47,069 bases of DNA from an uncultured Bacillales bacterium (GTDB lineage Bacteria; Bacillota_I; Bacilli_A; RFN20; CAG-826): positions 1 through 47,069 of the forward strand of contig CAMPCW010000003.1 in the NCBI GenBank assembly GCA_946647665.1. Reading direction: 5' to 3'. Shown one piece after another: positions 19,047 to 27,879 of this stretch. Below the pieces are notes generated by a model. It made no database searches, was not told the origin of the DNA, and saw nothing but the letters and a program-made list of their open reading frames with translations. Positions within the stretch are counted from its first letter, which is position 1. Each line of letters starts with the position of its first letter. Both the position numbers and the translations under genes were made by a program.

Positions 19047-21411
19047 ATTCTCTTTCTTTAACTGCCTCTGGAAGATTCCATTTTTTCATGCTATGCATGG
19101 AGATGAAATGGCTAATTAATAAGAAAGCTAAAACTAGTCCAAGAGCTAATAGATACATTAATATCGATCTAGGGAATGGGAAAATTTGACTTGGTATAGA
19201 GATACCGTTAAGCAATAGCTTAGATAAAACCATACCTAGAGGTATCGCTAAAGCCATAGCGAAAACGTACTGCACTAAACTCATAAATAAATTAGACATT
19301 GAGATTTCTCTTCTTTGATATCCTAATGTTCTAATAGTGGCAAATGTTCTTTTTTGCTCTTTTAAGTTAGTTTGCATCATATTAAAGACAATCATAAAGC
19401 CTAGAATAATCGAAACAGCGTTTAAGATATAGCTAGAATATGTAAAGGCCATAAGTCGGTCATTATATTCTTGTTTAATTACTTCGTTAAATGAGATATA
19501 AGTTACTGGTTCATAATCTTTATATTTTTCAAAGAAAGCATTTACATCTTTAACTTGGGCGAGTAAAGACGCTCTTTCTGAAGTGCTACTAGCAGAGTCA
19601 TAACTCATATAACTAACTTGATAAAGGAACTGTTTAGAAATTCCTTTAACTTCAGTATCAACTCCGTTGATATTAATGATATCGCCAACCTTACACCCTA
19701 ATAAACCCGCGTGATAATTAGATAAGATAATTCCTTCACTAGGAATATTCATTACTTCATCATAATCACTAACGACACGAACTAAATCTTGGTTAGATTT
19801 AACTCCGTTAATTAATATTACCTCTTCATTTTCACCAAAGGTGACTTCAGAAGGAATATATTTAATTAAGGTTTTGGCTTTAATATTATCGTCATTATCA
19901 AAATAACTTTCTAATTCATCACTAGCAGCGACATCAAAATAAACTTGTACATCATAATTTAGTCTAGTCTTATATAACTGATCAATCATCGTGGTTTTCG
20001 CTAACTGTAAAGAGATAGCAAAAAACACCATCATTCCACTAGCGAGTAAACAAATTCCAGAAAGAATATATCTTCTTAAATTTCTTAAAGTTTGAGAAAT
20101 AGATATCTTTAAAGTAATTGGAGCGTTTTTAAAGACTGTTCTCACTAGATATGGAGTCTTGTTATTCATTGGAGGTAGGGCCTTCATAGCTTCTACTGGT
20201 TTAATTTTAGAAATAGATAAAGAAGCAAGTAAAGAAGTCGCCACACATACAAATACCATGGCTCCTAAAGCTATAAAGACTAATCCAGGATTAATATCTA
20301 AAGATAAAGGATATAGCTTCATCGCTGTGCCGTACGCATAATTAGCAATAGCGGTTACTCCAACTCCAACTCCAACTCCTATAGCCCAGGATATTATAGC
20401 GGTAGCTAACGCTAATAAAACATATATTAGAGTAATACTTCTCTTATTTTCTCCTAAAGCTCTCATAATGCCGATATCTTTTCGACATTGTCTAACAATT
20501 TGGAATAAGAATAAAGAGGTTACAATTAAAACTACTAAAAAGAAAGCAATAGGGACTGCTAGAGAAATCATATTAATCGCTCTTAAAGCATTTCTATATT
20601 GAGTGATGACTTCTGATTCATCATACGTAGTTACATAAGCAATATTAGCTTTAAGTTGTCTAACTTGTTCTTCAGTAATTTCCGCCCCTGCTTCTTTAGC
20701 GATTTCTAGTAAGCGATCAAATAATTCAGTAGTGGTTTTCTCTTTCCCATCGATATAATTCACCAAAATCTCATTAAAAAATGGGTCGCTAGGGTCTTTA
20801 ACATATTGATTAAAGACGTGCTTTGGTAAATATAGATAAGCGAAATCTCTAGATGAGCTAATTGAATATGGATCTGCTTTAACTACAGAAGTTTCTGCCG
20901 AGACAAAAGTTGACTCAACTTTTAAGGTTATATCATTACCGTTATGCATTCTAATAGTGATGTCATCATTAACCCCAACGTGATTAGCGTTAGAGAAATA
21001 ATATTCCATTCTTAATCCGCTATAGGTGAACTTTCCGTCAATTAAATGATGTTTTAATAGTCCTTGATGATCATAAGAAATCACGCGACAAGAATAGGAT
21101 TCGTTGTTAAAAGTAAAAGTAGTGTTATAAGAGGCGCGATATTCTAAATCTTTGACATCGAGTTTCTCTTTTAGATAACTAACCGGGATATCTTTAGTGT
21201 AAGAAGTAGCTATTTCAGGAACAGTTTGTAAATAAAAATCTGGATAGCCACATTCATTAACTAAATTCCAAATGTTAGTTTCTAGTGATAAATATGAATC
21301 TCTTAATCCTATAAGGATTCCACTTCCAAAAGCTCCAACGAACACCACACTAAGTAGCATGAGCCAGAATCTTTTTAAATATGGGAAAAGGAATGTTCTT
21401 GCGAGTTTCAT
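19045..21411 (-). CDS. FtsX-like ABC exporter permease (duplicated)
   Basis: Two FtsX-type TM blocks (RKDIGIMRALG, EQKRTFATIRTLGY), KPVEAMK, large extracellular loops. Confidence 0.85.
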   Translation of the reverse strand: MKLARTFLFPYLKRFWLMLLSVVFVGAFGSGILIGLRDSYLSLETNIWNLVNECGYPDFYLQTVPEIATSYTKDIPVSYLKEKLDVKDLEYRASYNTTFTFNNESYSCRVISYDHQGLLKHHLIDGKFTYSGLRMEYYFSNANHVGVNDDITIRMHNGNDITLKVESTFVSAETSVVKADPYSISSSRDFAYLYLPKHVFNQYVKDPSDPFFNEILVNYIDGKEKTTTELFDRLLEIAKEAGAEITEEQVRQLKANIAYVTTYDESEVITQYRNALRAINMISLAVPIAFFLVVLIVTSLFLFQIVRQCRKDIGIMRALGENKRSITLIYVLLALATAIISWAIGVGVGVGVTAIANYAYGTAMKLYPLSLDINPGLVFIALGAMVFVCVATSLLASLSISKIKPVEAMKALPPMNNKTPYLVRTVFKNAPITLKISISQTLRNLRRYILSGICLLASGMMVFFAISLQLAKTTMIDQLYKTRLNYDVQVYFDVAASDELESYFDNDDNIKAKTLIKYIPSEVTFGENEEVILINGVKSNQDLVRVVSDYDEVMNIPSEGIILSNYHAGLLGCKVGDIININGVDTEVKGISKQFLYQVSYMSYDSASSTSERASLLAQVKDVNAFFEKYKDYEPVTYISFNEVIKQEYNDRLMAFTYSSYILNAVSIILGFMIVFNMMQTNLKEQKRTFATIRTLGYQRREISMSNLFMSLVQYVFAMALAIPLGMVLSKLLLNGISIPSQIFPFPRSILMYLLALGLVLAFLLISHFISMHSMKKWNLPEAVKERE

Positions 21412-21415
21412 TTAT

Positions 21416-22126
21416 CTACCATTCAATATCTTTAGCGTCCATTGGATGCTCATTGACTTTTTCTTTTTGGATTTTACCGTTTTTTAAAGTAATAACGCGA
21501 TTAGCCATAGAGGCAATTGGAGTGGTGTGAGTCACTATTACCATGGTTTGGCCTTCTTTTCTAACAATATCTTGAAGTAACTCAAGAATTAAGCGACCGG
21601 TTTTATCATCAAGCGCACCAGTAGGTTCATCACAAAGAATAATATCTGCTTTTTTTACTAAAGCACGAGCAATAGATACCCTTTGTTGTTCTCCTCCTGA
21701 CATTTGAGATGGGTAGTGGTGCATTCTATCTTCACCTAAACCCACTAACTCTAATGTTTTTTCTGCTAAATGATCTTTATCTTTGCCTTTAATTGACAAA
21801 CGGACATTTTCTAAAGCTGTTAAATCAGGTAATAAATTATAAAATTGGAAAATAAAACCAATCTTTTCCTTACGGAAAGAAGTTAATTCTCGATCTTTAT
21901 AAGCAGTAATATCGGTGTCACCTAACATTACTTGACCTGAAGTAGGAGAGTCCATTCCTCCGATAATATTCAATAAAGTTGATTTTCCGCATCCAGAGTT
22001 ACCAAGTAGAACCAGCATTTCACCTTTATAGACATCAAAAGTCACTCCATCAAGTGCTTTTACTTGAGAGTCTCCGCTTCCATAATATTTCTTTAAATCT
22101 TTAATTTGTAAAATTGCTTCCTTCAT
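21416..22126 (-). CDS. ABC transporter ATP-binding protein (LolD/MacB-like)
   Basis: [37 protein letters not shown]. Confidence 0.93.
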   Translation of the reverse strand: MKEAILQIKDLKKYYGSGDSQVKALDGVTFDVYKGEMLVLLGNSGCGKSTLLNIIGGMDSPTSGQVMLGDTDITAYKDRELTSFRKEKIGFIFQFYNLLPDLTALENVRLSIKGKDKDHLAEKTLELVGLGEDRMHHYPSQMSGGEQQRVSIARALVKKADIILCDEPTGALDDKTGRLILELLQDIVRKEGQTMVIVTHTTPIASMANRVITLKNGKIQKEKVNEHPMDAKDIEW

Positions 22127-22230
22127 AAGATGTCCTCAACTTTAATATATGTATTATACAACAATAACTATTTTTAAATATAAAAATATTTCCCATGTAA
22201 TTATTTAGATATTGTCGAATAATATTTTAA

Positions 22231-22665
22231 CTATAAAGTCGCTAATAAAATACTTACAGCTTCTAAAAATTCTTTTTCTAAATTTAAAAATCTAGAGTAG
22301 ATAGGTGAGTCAACATCAATGACTCCTATTAGTTGATTATCTTTTAAAATTGGAACCACAATTTCGCTTTTAGATTTGCTAGAACAAGCAATATGTCCTT
22401 TAAATGTATTAACATCATCCACAATGATTGTTTCTTTTTTACTAGCAGCCGCTCCACACACCCCTTTATCTAGAGGAATAATAGTGCACGCCACTTCACC
22501 TTGAAATGGTCCTAAGATTAATCTATCTTTATCCAAAAGATAAAATCCTGCCCAATTTATATCTTCCATCGTATATAAAACAGAAGCGACGTTAGCGAGA
22601 TTACTAACAAGTGGAATATCTTTATCAATAATGGATTCGATTTGTTTTAATAATAAGTCGTACAT
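22231..22665 (-). CDS. msrC: GAF-domain free methionine-(R)-sulfoxide reductase
   Basis: NWAGFY, LGPFQG..AC, GVCG, HIAC, SEIVVP, DVDSP; start moved to ATG 22665. Confidence 0.85.
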   Translation of the reverse strand: MYDLLLKQIESIIDKDIPLVSNLANVASVLYTMEDINWAGFYLLDKDRLILGPFQGEVACTIIPLDKGVCGAAASKKETIIVDDVNTFKGHIACSSKSKSEIVVPILKDNQLIGVIDVDSPIYSRFLNLEKEFLEAVSILLATL

Positions 22666-22671
22666 AATATA

Positions 22672-22744
22672 TATTATGCGATAACTTGTAGCATAATTGC
22701 GAAACAAATTGGTTCGGAATTGCGCAGCAATTTGCTGCGTGATT
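22672..22744. repeat. Three tandem 27-bp imperfect palindromes at 23-bp period
   Basis: TATTATGCGATAA-C-TTGTAGCATAATT, AATTGCGAAACAA-A-TTGGTTCGGAATT, AATTGCGCAGCAA-T-TTGCTGCGTGATT; centres 22685, 22708, 22731; neighbours share AATT. Confidence 0.8.
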
Positions 22745-23792
22745 ACTTGAGCTTAAGCTCATTTTCAATTTCCTCTACAGTTGGAAGACTGCTTTTGAAG
22801 TTTTCTGGAATGAGTTTAGATAATTCAAAAGATGACACTCCAAGTGGCTGAGAGGAAGAATCTAGAGAATACCTTGCTAAAACATTATCCTTATCTTTGC
22901 ATACAAGAATTCCAATAGTTTTTTCGTCTCTTTCAGTTTTTAGGATATGATCGACAGCGACTACATATGTTCCTAATTGACCAACAAATTCTGGCTTAAA
23001 AGTAGTGGTTTTAACTTCTAAAACGACATAAGCATGTGCTTGAGTATTATAAAACAACATATCTAAAAATTGTTCAGTTTGACCAACTTGCAAGCGATAT
23101 TCTCTTCCAATAAACGCAAAACCTGTCCCAAGTTCTAATAAGAATTTTTGAATGTTGTTAATCAGCGCATCTTTTAATTCTTTCTCTGTATATCTATCAT
23201 CTATCGCTAAAAAATTGAAATTATAAGGATCTTTGATTAATTCATTAGCGAGATCGCTATTTATTTCAGGAAGAGTTGCTTTGAAATTAGTTAACTTATC
23301 TTGACTCCTTTCGTATAAATTTGTGTCTAAAAAGCAAGATAAAACAGACCTAGACCAATTGTTCTCTATTGTTTTTTTGATATAAAACAGCGCCTTTTTT
23401 GAATCGTTATTTGCTTTTGAAATGATTATAATAATATGTCCCCAAGGAACCATTGATAATTCGGCAACAACTTGTTGCACAATTTCATTTTTAGAAAACA
23501 ATTCATAGAATTGCTTCATGTATTTTAGATTTCTAATTGAAAATCCTGTCGCATCAGGAAAGGCCTCTTTTAAATCTTTTGAAAGCGTTTCATAGAATTT
23601 GCTTCCCCATTTGGATTCACTTTTCATTTTTACAATGTCTCTTCCTAATGACCAGTAAAACTGAATAAGTTCGCTATTGACTTTTATAGCGGCTTTGATT
23701 TGAGATTGTTTATATCTCTTTTTTAAATCAACTATCCAGTTTTGATATTCTTCATCATAGATGGATAGAACTTTTTCACTAACATCTTTCAT
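22743..23792 (-). CDS. DUF1016/YhcG family PD-(D/E)XK nuclease-domain protein
   Basis: YWSLG, GFSIRNLKYM, PWGH, WSR, KDPY.F.FL, FLLELG.GFAF, DMLFY..VVLEVK, GQL..YV, IGILVC; GGAGGT RBS. Confidence 0.9.
   Translation of the reverse strand: MKDVSEKVLSIYDEEYQNWIVDLKKRYKQSQIKAAIKVNSELIQFYWSLGRDIVKMKSESKWGSKFYETLSKDLKEAFPDATGFSIRNLKYMKQFYELFSKNEIVQQVVAELSMVPWGHIIIIISKANNDSKKALFYIKKTIENNWSRSVLSCFLDTNLYERSQDKLTNFKATLPEINSDLANELIKDPYNFNFLAIDDRYTEKELKDALINNIQKFLLELGTGFAFIGREYRLQVGQTEQFLDMLFYNTQAHAYVVLEVKTTTFKPEFVGQLGTYVVAVDHILKTERDEKTIGILVCKDKDNVLARYSLDSSSQPLGVSSFELSKLIPENFKSSLPTVEEIENELKLK
23458..23484. repeat. Fourth palindrome copy inside the DUF1016 coding linker
   Basis: AATTCGGCAACAA-C-TTGTTGCACAATT encodes IVQQVVAEL. 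Confidence 0.8.
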
Positions 23793-24202
23793 TATTTTTT
23801 ACCTCCTATAGTTAGCGATGGTGTTTTTAGAAGATAAATAAAAGCCATCCATTTCTCATGATAAAAACACCATTAATGTAATTAACAACTAATATCCCTA
23901 TTAGTCTCAACTACTGGTGTTACATCACTGATTCAGTTGGATGGCCACATGCTCAGATTAATAATCTGTGTGGAGCGTGATGATCTTCTTGCTTATAGGA
24001 CCGTGTCAATAACCTGTCGCCATTTATCCTATAAACTCATATCACTACTGGGCGATACTTTCCACATTACTAGTGCCTAACACACATACTAGTAATTCAA
24101 TATATGGGTGTCCTCTATCCGTTTTAAGCCAAGCTTATACCTACTCCCGCAGTATTTCGTGCTTCGGTCTTGTGGCGCGTTTCAAGTCTGCATATAACGA
24201 AC
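23793..24202 (-). ncRNA. Candidate large structured leader or ncRNA upstream of DUF1016 gene
   Basis: About 410 nt with no ORF in the supplied track, locally GC-richer, at least 7 helices visible by eye, between a canonical promoter and the RBS. Confidence 0.6.
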
Positions 24203-24208
24203 ATAATT

Positions 24209-24237
24209 ATTTTAAAATAATTTGTTGAGTTAAGCAA
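24209..24237 (-). promoter_or_regulatory. Sigma70-type promoter for leader plus DUF1016
   Basis: TTGCTT (24237-24232), 17 bp, TAAAAT (24214-24209). Confidence 0.6.
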
Positions 24238-24266
24238 AATAAAACCGCTTAATCTTCTAAGCGGTT
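24235..24266 (-). terminator. Terminator of the small membrane-protein pair
   Basis: AACCGCTTA/TAAGCGGTT stem followed on minus strand by TTATTTT. Confidence 0.7.
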
Positions 24267-24285
24267 AATATTTTTGTATTATTTG

Positions 24286-24570
24286 TTATTCTTTAACTTC
24301 TTTTTTCAAATTATTAAGAACGAAGCTAATGATTAACCAGAGGAATAATCCTGCTCCTAATGTGGCAAGTGAGATCCAACCATCTTTAGCCTCAAAGCTT
24401 AAGAATCCTTCTCCTTTAATGGAACTAGCAATGCAGTCGATTAACCACATTAACGCGCTAGCACCATAGATAATTGTAAGAATATCTAAGTGTAATGCTT
24501 TTCTGTCTCTAAAGAAGAACCACAATATTGCAGCGATTAATGCTAAACCTAAAGCAGTTAAGAAATACAT
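24286..24570 (-). CDS. Small hypothetical membrane protein (3 TM)
   Basis: 94 aa hydrophobic; GASALMWLIDCI; translationally coupled to upstream gene. Confidence 0.75.
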   Translation of the reverse strand: MYFLTALGLALIAAILWFFFRDRKALHLDILTIIYGASALMWLIDCIASSIKGEGFLSFEAKDGWISLATLGAGLFLWLIISFVLNNLKKEVKE

Positions 24571-24986
24571 TATTTCGCTCCTTCTTTTTTGGCTTCAGGA
24601 AGAGCCTTTCTTCTTTTAAATTTGATATAGTCGCTAACAAGAACTCCAATACCCCAAACAGCAACTAAAATGCCAAGCATAGCAACACCTATAGTGCCCA
24701 TTTCTTTAAGCATTTCAATTTCTCCACCTTCGCTAATAGCGGTAAAGAATGGTGGGAATGGAACAATTTCCCCGTGAATGATATGTTCAATTGCTAAAAT
24801 AAAACTTCCAGCAAATAACATTAATTCTAAATAGGCTAATTTTTTGCTCCATTTAGTGTCGCTTCCAAATTTTTCAATTTTAGGAGCGATACCAGCATTA
24901 GCTTTTTTCTTTTCTGAATGCTTAACAGCGTGACGAGCAATAGCAACTCCTACACCTGCGGCTGCACTTACAACAAAACATGCCAT
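24570..24986 (-). CDS. Hypothetical membrane protein
   Basis: MACF N-terminus, LAIEHIIHGEIVPFPPFFTA motif; GGAG RBS. Confidence 0.8.
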   Translation of the reverse strand: MACFVVSAAAGVGVAIARHAVKHSEKKKANAGIAPKIEKFGSDTKWSKKLAYLELMLFAGSFILAIEHIIHGEIVPFPPFFTAISEGGEIEMLKEMGTIGVAMLGILVAVWGIGVLVSDYIKFKRRKALPEAKKEGAK

Positions 24987-25050
24987 AATTAATAATCTCC
25001 TTGTTAACTAATATTTATTCTATATAATTTACCTATCTAATTCAAAACTT

Positions 25051-25779
25051 TTATATGTAAAGTTGAGAGAATACTTCTCCAACAGGTTTATTAATTTCTA
25101 ATACATTACCAAAATGGATATCTAATTTGTCTTTGTTAATGACCACAATATTTGTGCCGCCATAATATCTAATTAATCCACTTGCAGGATAAACACTTAA
25201 AGAAGTACCAGCGACAATTAATAAGTCAGCGTGCTCTAAAGCGTTCACACTAGCTTCTAAAACAAATTGATCTAGTGGTTCTTCATATAAAACGACTTCA
25301 GGTTTAATTATTCCTCCGCACTTAGGGCATCTAGGGACACCTATAGAGTTCTCTACAATTGATAAATCAAACTTTTCATTACAGTTCATACAATAATTTC
25401 TATGAATTGAACCGTGTAATTCTAAAACGTTTTTTGAACCCGCTAATTGATGTAGACCATCAATATTTTGAGTTATAACAACTAGATTCTTTTTCTTCTC
25501 TAGATTTGCTAAAAATTTATGAGCAGCATTAGGTTTAGCAGATTTATTAATCATAAATTCTTTATAGAATTGATAAAAAGTATCTGTATGATTCATAAAA
25601 TATGTGTGGGAGAGCATCTCTTCATATGGTCGACCATATTTAGAGTGTAGTTGATATAACCCGTCTTTACTTCTAAAATCTTTAATCCCACTTTCAGTGG
25701 ATACACCGGCTCCACCAAAAAAGACAATATTTTTAGAAGTATCTATTAAATGCTGTAGTCTAGTAATTTCTATATCCAT
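25051..25779 (-). CDS. cobB: NAD-dependent protein deacylase (Sir2 family)
   Basis: GGAGVSTESGIKDFR, TQNIDGLH, LHGS, two CxxC, GTSL; start moved to ATG 25779. Confidence 0.9.
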   Translation of the reverse strand: MDIEITRLQHLIDTSKNIVFFGGAGVSTESGIKDFRSKDGLYQLHSKYGRPYEEMLSHTYFMNHTDTFYQFYKEFMINKSAKPNAAHKFLANLEKKKNLVVITQNIDGLHQLAGSKNVLELHGSIHRNYCMNCNEKFDLSIVENSIGVPRCPKCGGIIKPEVVLYEEPLDQFVLEASVNALEHADLLIVAGTSLSVYPASGLIRYYGGTNIVVINKDKLDIHFGNVLEINKPVGEVFSQLYI

Positions 25780-25812
25780 ATCTATAATTATTTTATACCT
25801 ATAAAGATTATT

Positions 25813-26676
25813 ATGTATAATAATTATTATATGTATTTTGATCCTCAGACCACTAAATATCCATATCCAGAATTTACTGATGAACATTATATTAATGTAA
25901 TTGAAAAAACCCATCATATAGTTGATGAAAATTATCCATATATTGATAATAGTAAATCTTTTAGATTTAAAAGGTTTTGGGTTCGCTTTTTATTAAACGT
26001 TATTGTTTTTCCGGTTGCTAAAATTTGGTATGGGTTAAAAGTAAAAGGTAAAAAGAATCTTAAAAAACATAAAGATATTATTAAAAATGGAGTAATTAGT
26101 GTTTCTAATCATATTGCCTTTTGGGACTATATATTTTTAATGCGAACAATTAACCACATTCGACCAAATGTTTTAGTGTGGGCACCTAATATTAACGGCC
26201 CTTCTGGTGGGGTGATGAAATTAGTAGGCGGGATACCAATACCAGAGAATAATTTAAAAGCGACGATGAAATATTATTCTGCGATTGATAAATTAGTTAA
26301 TGTAGATCATGGGTGGCTACATATTTATCCTGAAGGTAGTATGTGGGAATATTACGCACCAATTAGACCATTTAAAAGAGGAAGCAGTTTCTTTGCTATT
26401 CAATTTAATAAACCAATCATCCCTATTGCTTATTCATATAGAAAGCCATCATGGTTTAGAAAAAAGATTTTAAAACAAATTGCCACAATTACTATCAATG
26501 TTGGAGATCCAATTTTCCCTAATAATAACATCATTGATAAAAATGAAAGAGAATTAGATTTAACTAGTAGAGTTCATAAAAAAGTCTGTGAATTAGCGGG
26601 AATAGAAAACAATATCTATCCTAGTATTTTTAATCACTCCAAAAGAGTGGATTATTATCCACTGAAAAATAAATAA
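25813..26676 (+). CDS. Lysophospholipid acyltransferase (PlsC-like)
   Basis: SNHIAFWD (HX4D), YPEG, PIIP; start may be ATG 25831. Confidence 0.85.
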   Translation: MYNNYYMYFDPQTTKYPYPEFTDEHYINVIEKTHHIVDENYPYIDNSKSFRFKRFWVRFLLNVIVFPVAKIWYGLKVKGKKNLKKHKDIIKNGVISVSNHIAFWDYIFLMRTINHIRPNVLVWAPNINGPSGGVMKLVGGIPIPENNLKATMKYYSAIDKLVNVDHGWLHIYPEGSMWEYYAPIRPFKRGSSFFAIQFNKPIIPIAYSYRKPSWFRKKILKQIATITINVGDPIFPNNNIIDKNERELDLTSRVHKKVCELAGIENNIYPSIFNHSKRVDYYPLKNK

Positions 26677-26717
26677 ACTTGTAAATAATAAAATTATTTA
26701 TATAATAATTAACTTGT

Positions 26718-27878
26718 ATGGAAGAAAAAAGAGAAAAACCAGTATTAAGTTTCTTGATGAAAACCCTTAACGGGATGGCCTATGGTTTATTCGCCACTTT
26801 AATCGTAGGAACAATCTTCGCTACTATTGGTAAGCTATTTGGTTATGGAGCAGAAACGAGTAAGTTCTGCGCTTTTATGCTCCATATGTTTAACGGACAT
26901 ACTACTGAAGGTGGTAGCTGGATTGGTATCGCTACTATCTTACAATATATGACTGGCGCTGGAATTGGCGTTGGTATTGCTTTAGCCTTAAAGTTTGACG
27001 CTCTTAAAACTATAGTTTTAGCAGCAGTAGGAGAGATAGCGGCTTGTACTTCTTTAGGAACTTCGTTTATCACAAGTCCAGGAAGTATTGATCATCTAGC
27101 TTTTAAATTCCAAGTTGGTGACCCTTTAACAATTTATTTAGTGTGTATTGGTGTTGCTTTAGCAATGAAATATGTCATTAGAAAGAAAACACCGGTTGAT
27201 ATTATTATCATCCCTCTATTTGGTGTAGCCGCTGGAACTTTATTATCTTTAGGAATTAGATATCCTGCAATTAGTGTAACTTTCGCAGTTCAGTGGTTAG
27301 TGGGTACAAGTACTCAAGCTATTCCATTTGTCGCTGGAATGGTGGTGGCTGTACTTATGGGTATGGCTCTTACCGCACCTATTAGTAGTGCAGCAATTGC
27401 GGCAATGATCTTTGTTATTAAACCAGATACAGATCCAAATATTGTTCCTGGTTTATTAATTGCTAGTGGTGCTGCAGTAGTAGGCTGTTCAACACAAATG
27501 ATTGGTTTTGCAGTACAATCTAGAAAAGACAATAATATTGGCACTGTTATTTCTATTGGTATTGGCACTTCAATGCTTCAATTTAAGAATATTCTTAAAA
27601 AACCTGTAATTTGGTTGCCTACTATTATTGCTAGTGCAATCTTAGGCCCTATATCCACATGCTGGCTAGAATTAACTTGCATGGGCGCAAGTGCAGGCAT
27701 GGGTACTGCAGGACTAGTTGGTCAAATCGGAACTATCGATTCTATGGGTGCATCTAACTGGCAAGTCTGGGTAGGAATATTTGGCTTAATGATTATTCTT
27801 CCAGGAGTACTAGTCTTCTTTATCGACTTATTATTTAGAAAATTAGGCTGGATTAAAGAAGGCGACTTAACTGTTTGA
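26718..27878 (+). CDS. PTS EIIC_2-type membrane transporter
   Basis: LNGMAYGLFATL, KTPVDIIIIP, LTAPISSAAIA, GIGTSMLQ, AGMGTAGLVG, WIKEGDL. Confidence 0.85.
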   Translation: MEEKREKPVLSFLMKTLNGMAYGLFATLIVGTIFATIGKLFGYGAETSKFCAFMLHMFNGHTTEGGSWIGIATILQYMTGAGIGVGIALALKFDALKTIVLAAVGEIAACTSLGTSFITSPGSIDHLAFKFQVGDPLTIYLVCIGVALAMKYVIRKKTPVDIIIIPLFGVAAGTLLSLGIRYPAISVTFAVQWLVGTSTQAIPFVAGMVVAVLMGMALTAPISSAAIAAMIFVIKPDTDPNIVPGLLIASGAAVVGCSTQMIGFAVQSRKDNNIGTVISIGIGTSMLQFKNILKKPVIWLPTIIASAILGPISTCWLELTCMGASAGMGTAGLVGQIGTIDSMGASNWQVWVGIFGLMIILPGVLVFFIDLLFRKLGWIKEGDLTV

Positions 27879-27879
27879 T

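Noticed and set aside
22672-22744. Tandem palindromes read as a mini-CRISPR array with DUF1016 as a Cas4-like nuclease
   Set aside because: The units abut with no spacers, are degenerate, and no cas genes are present. Kept as a putative protein-binding array instead.
23793-24202. Leader as a T-box, known riboswitch, tmRNA, RNase P or group II intron
   Set aside because: No T-box motif, tRNA-like ends, RNase P conserved regions or GUGYG/domain V signature was recognised by eye. An Rfam search is still needed.
25780-25917. N-terminal extension of the Sir2 ORF; likewise cls (14616-14669) and msrC (22666-22707)
   Set aside because: The extensions overlap a divergent gene, intergenic sequence or the palindrome array. 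Family motifs begin at the downstream ATGs.
27876-27878. Possible genetic code 4 (TGA=Trp) given the low GC content
   Set aside because: Long genes are intact under code 11, Trp is TGG in the genes checked, and TGA ends the PTS-IIC gene at its expected C-terminus.
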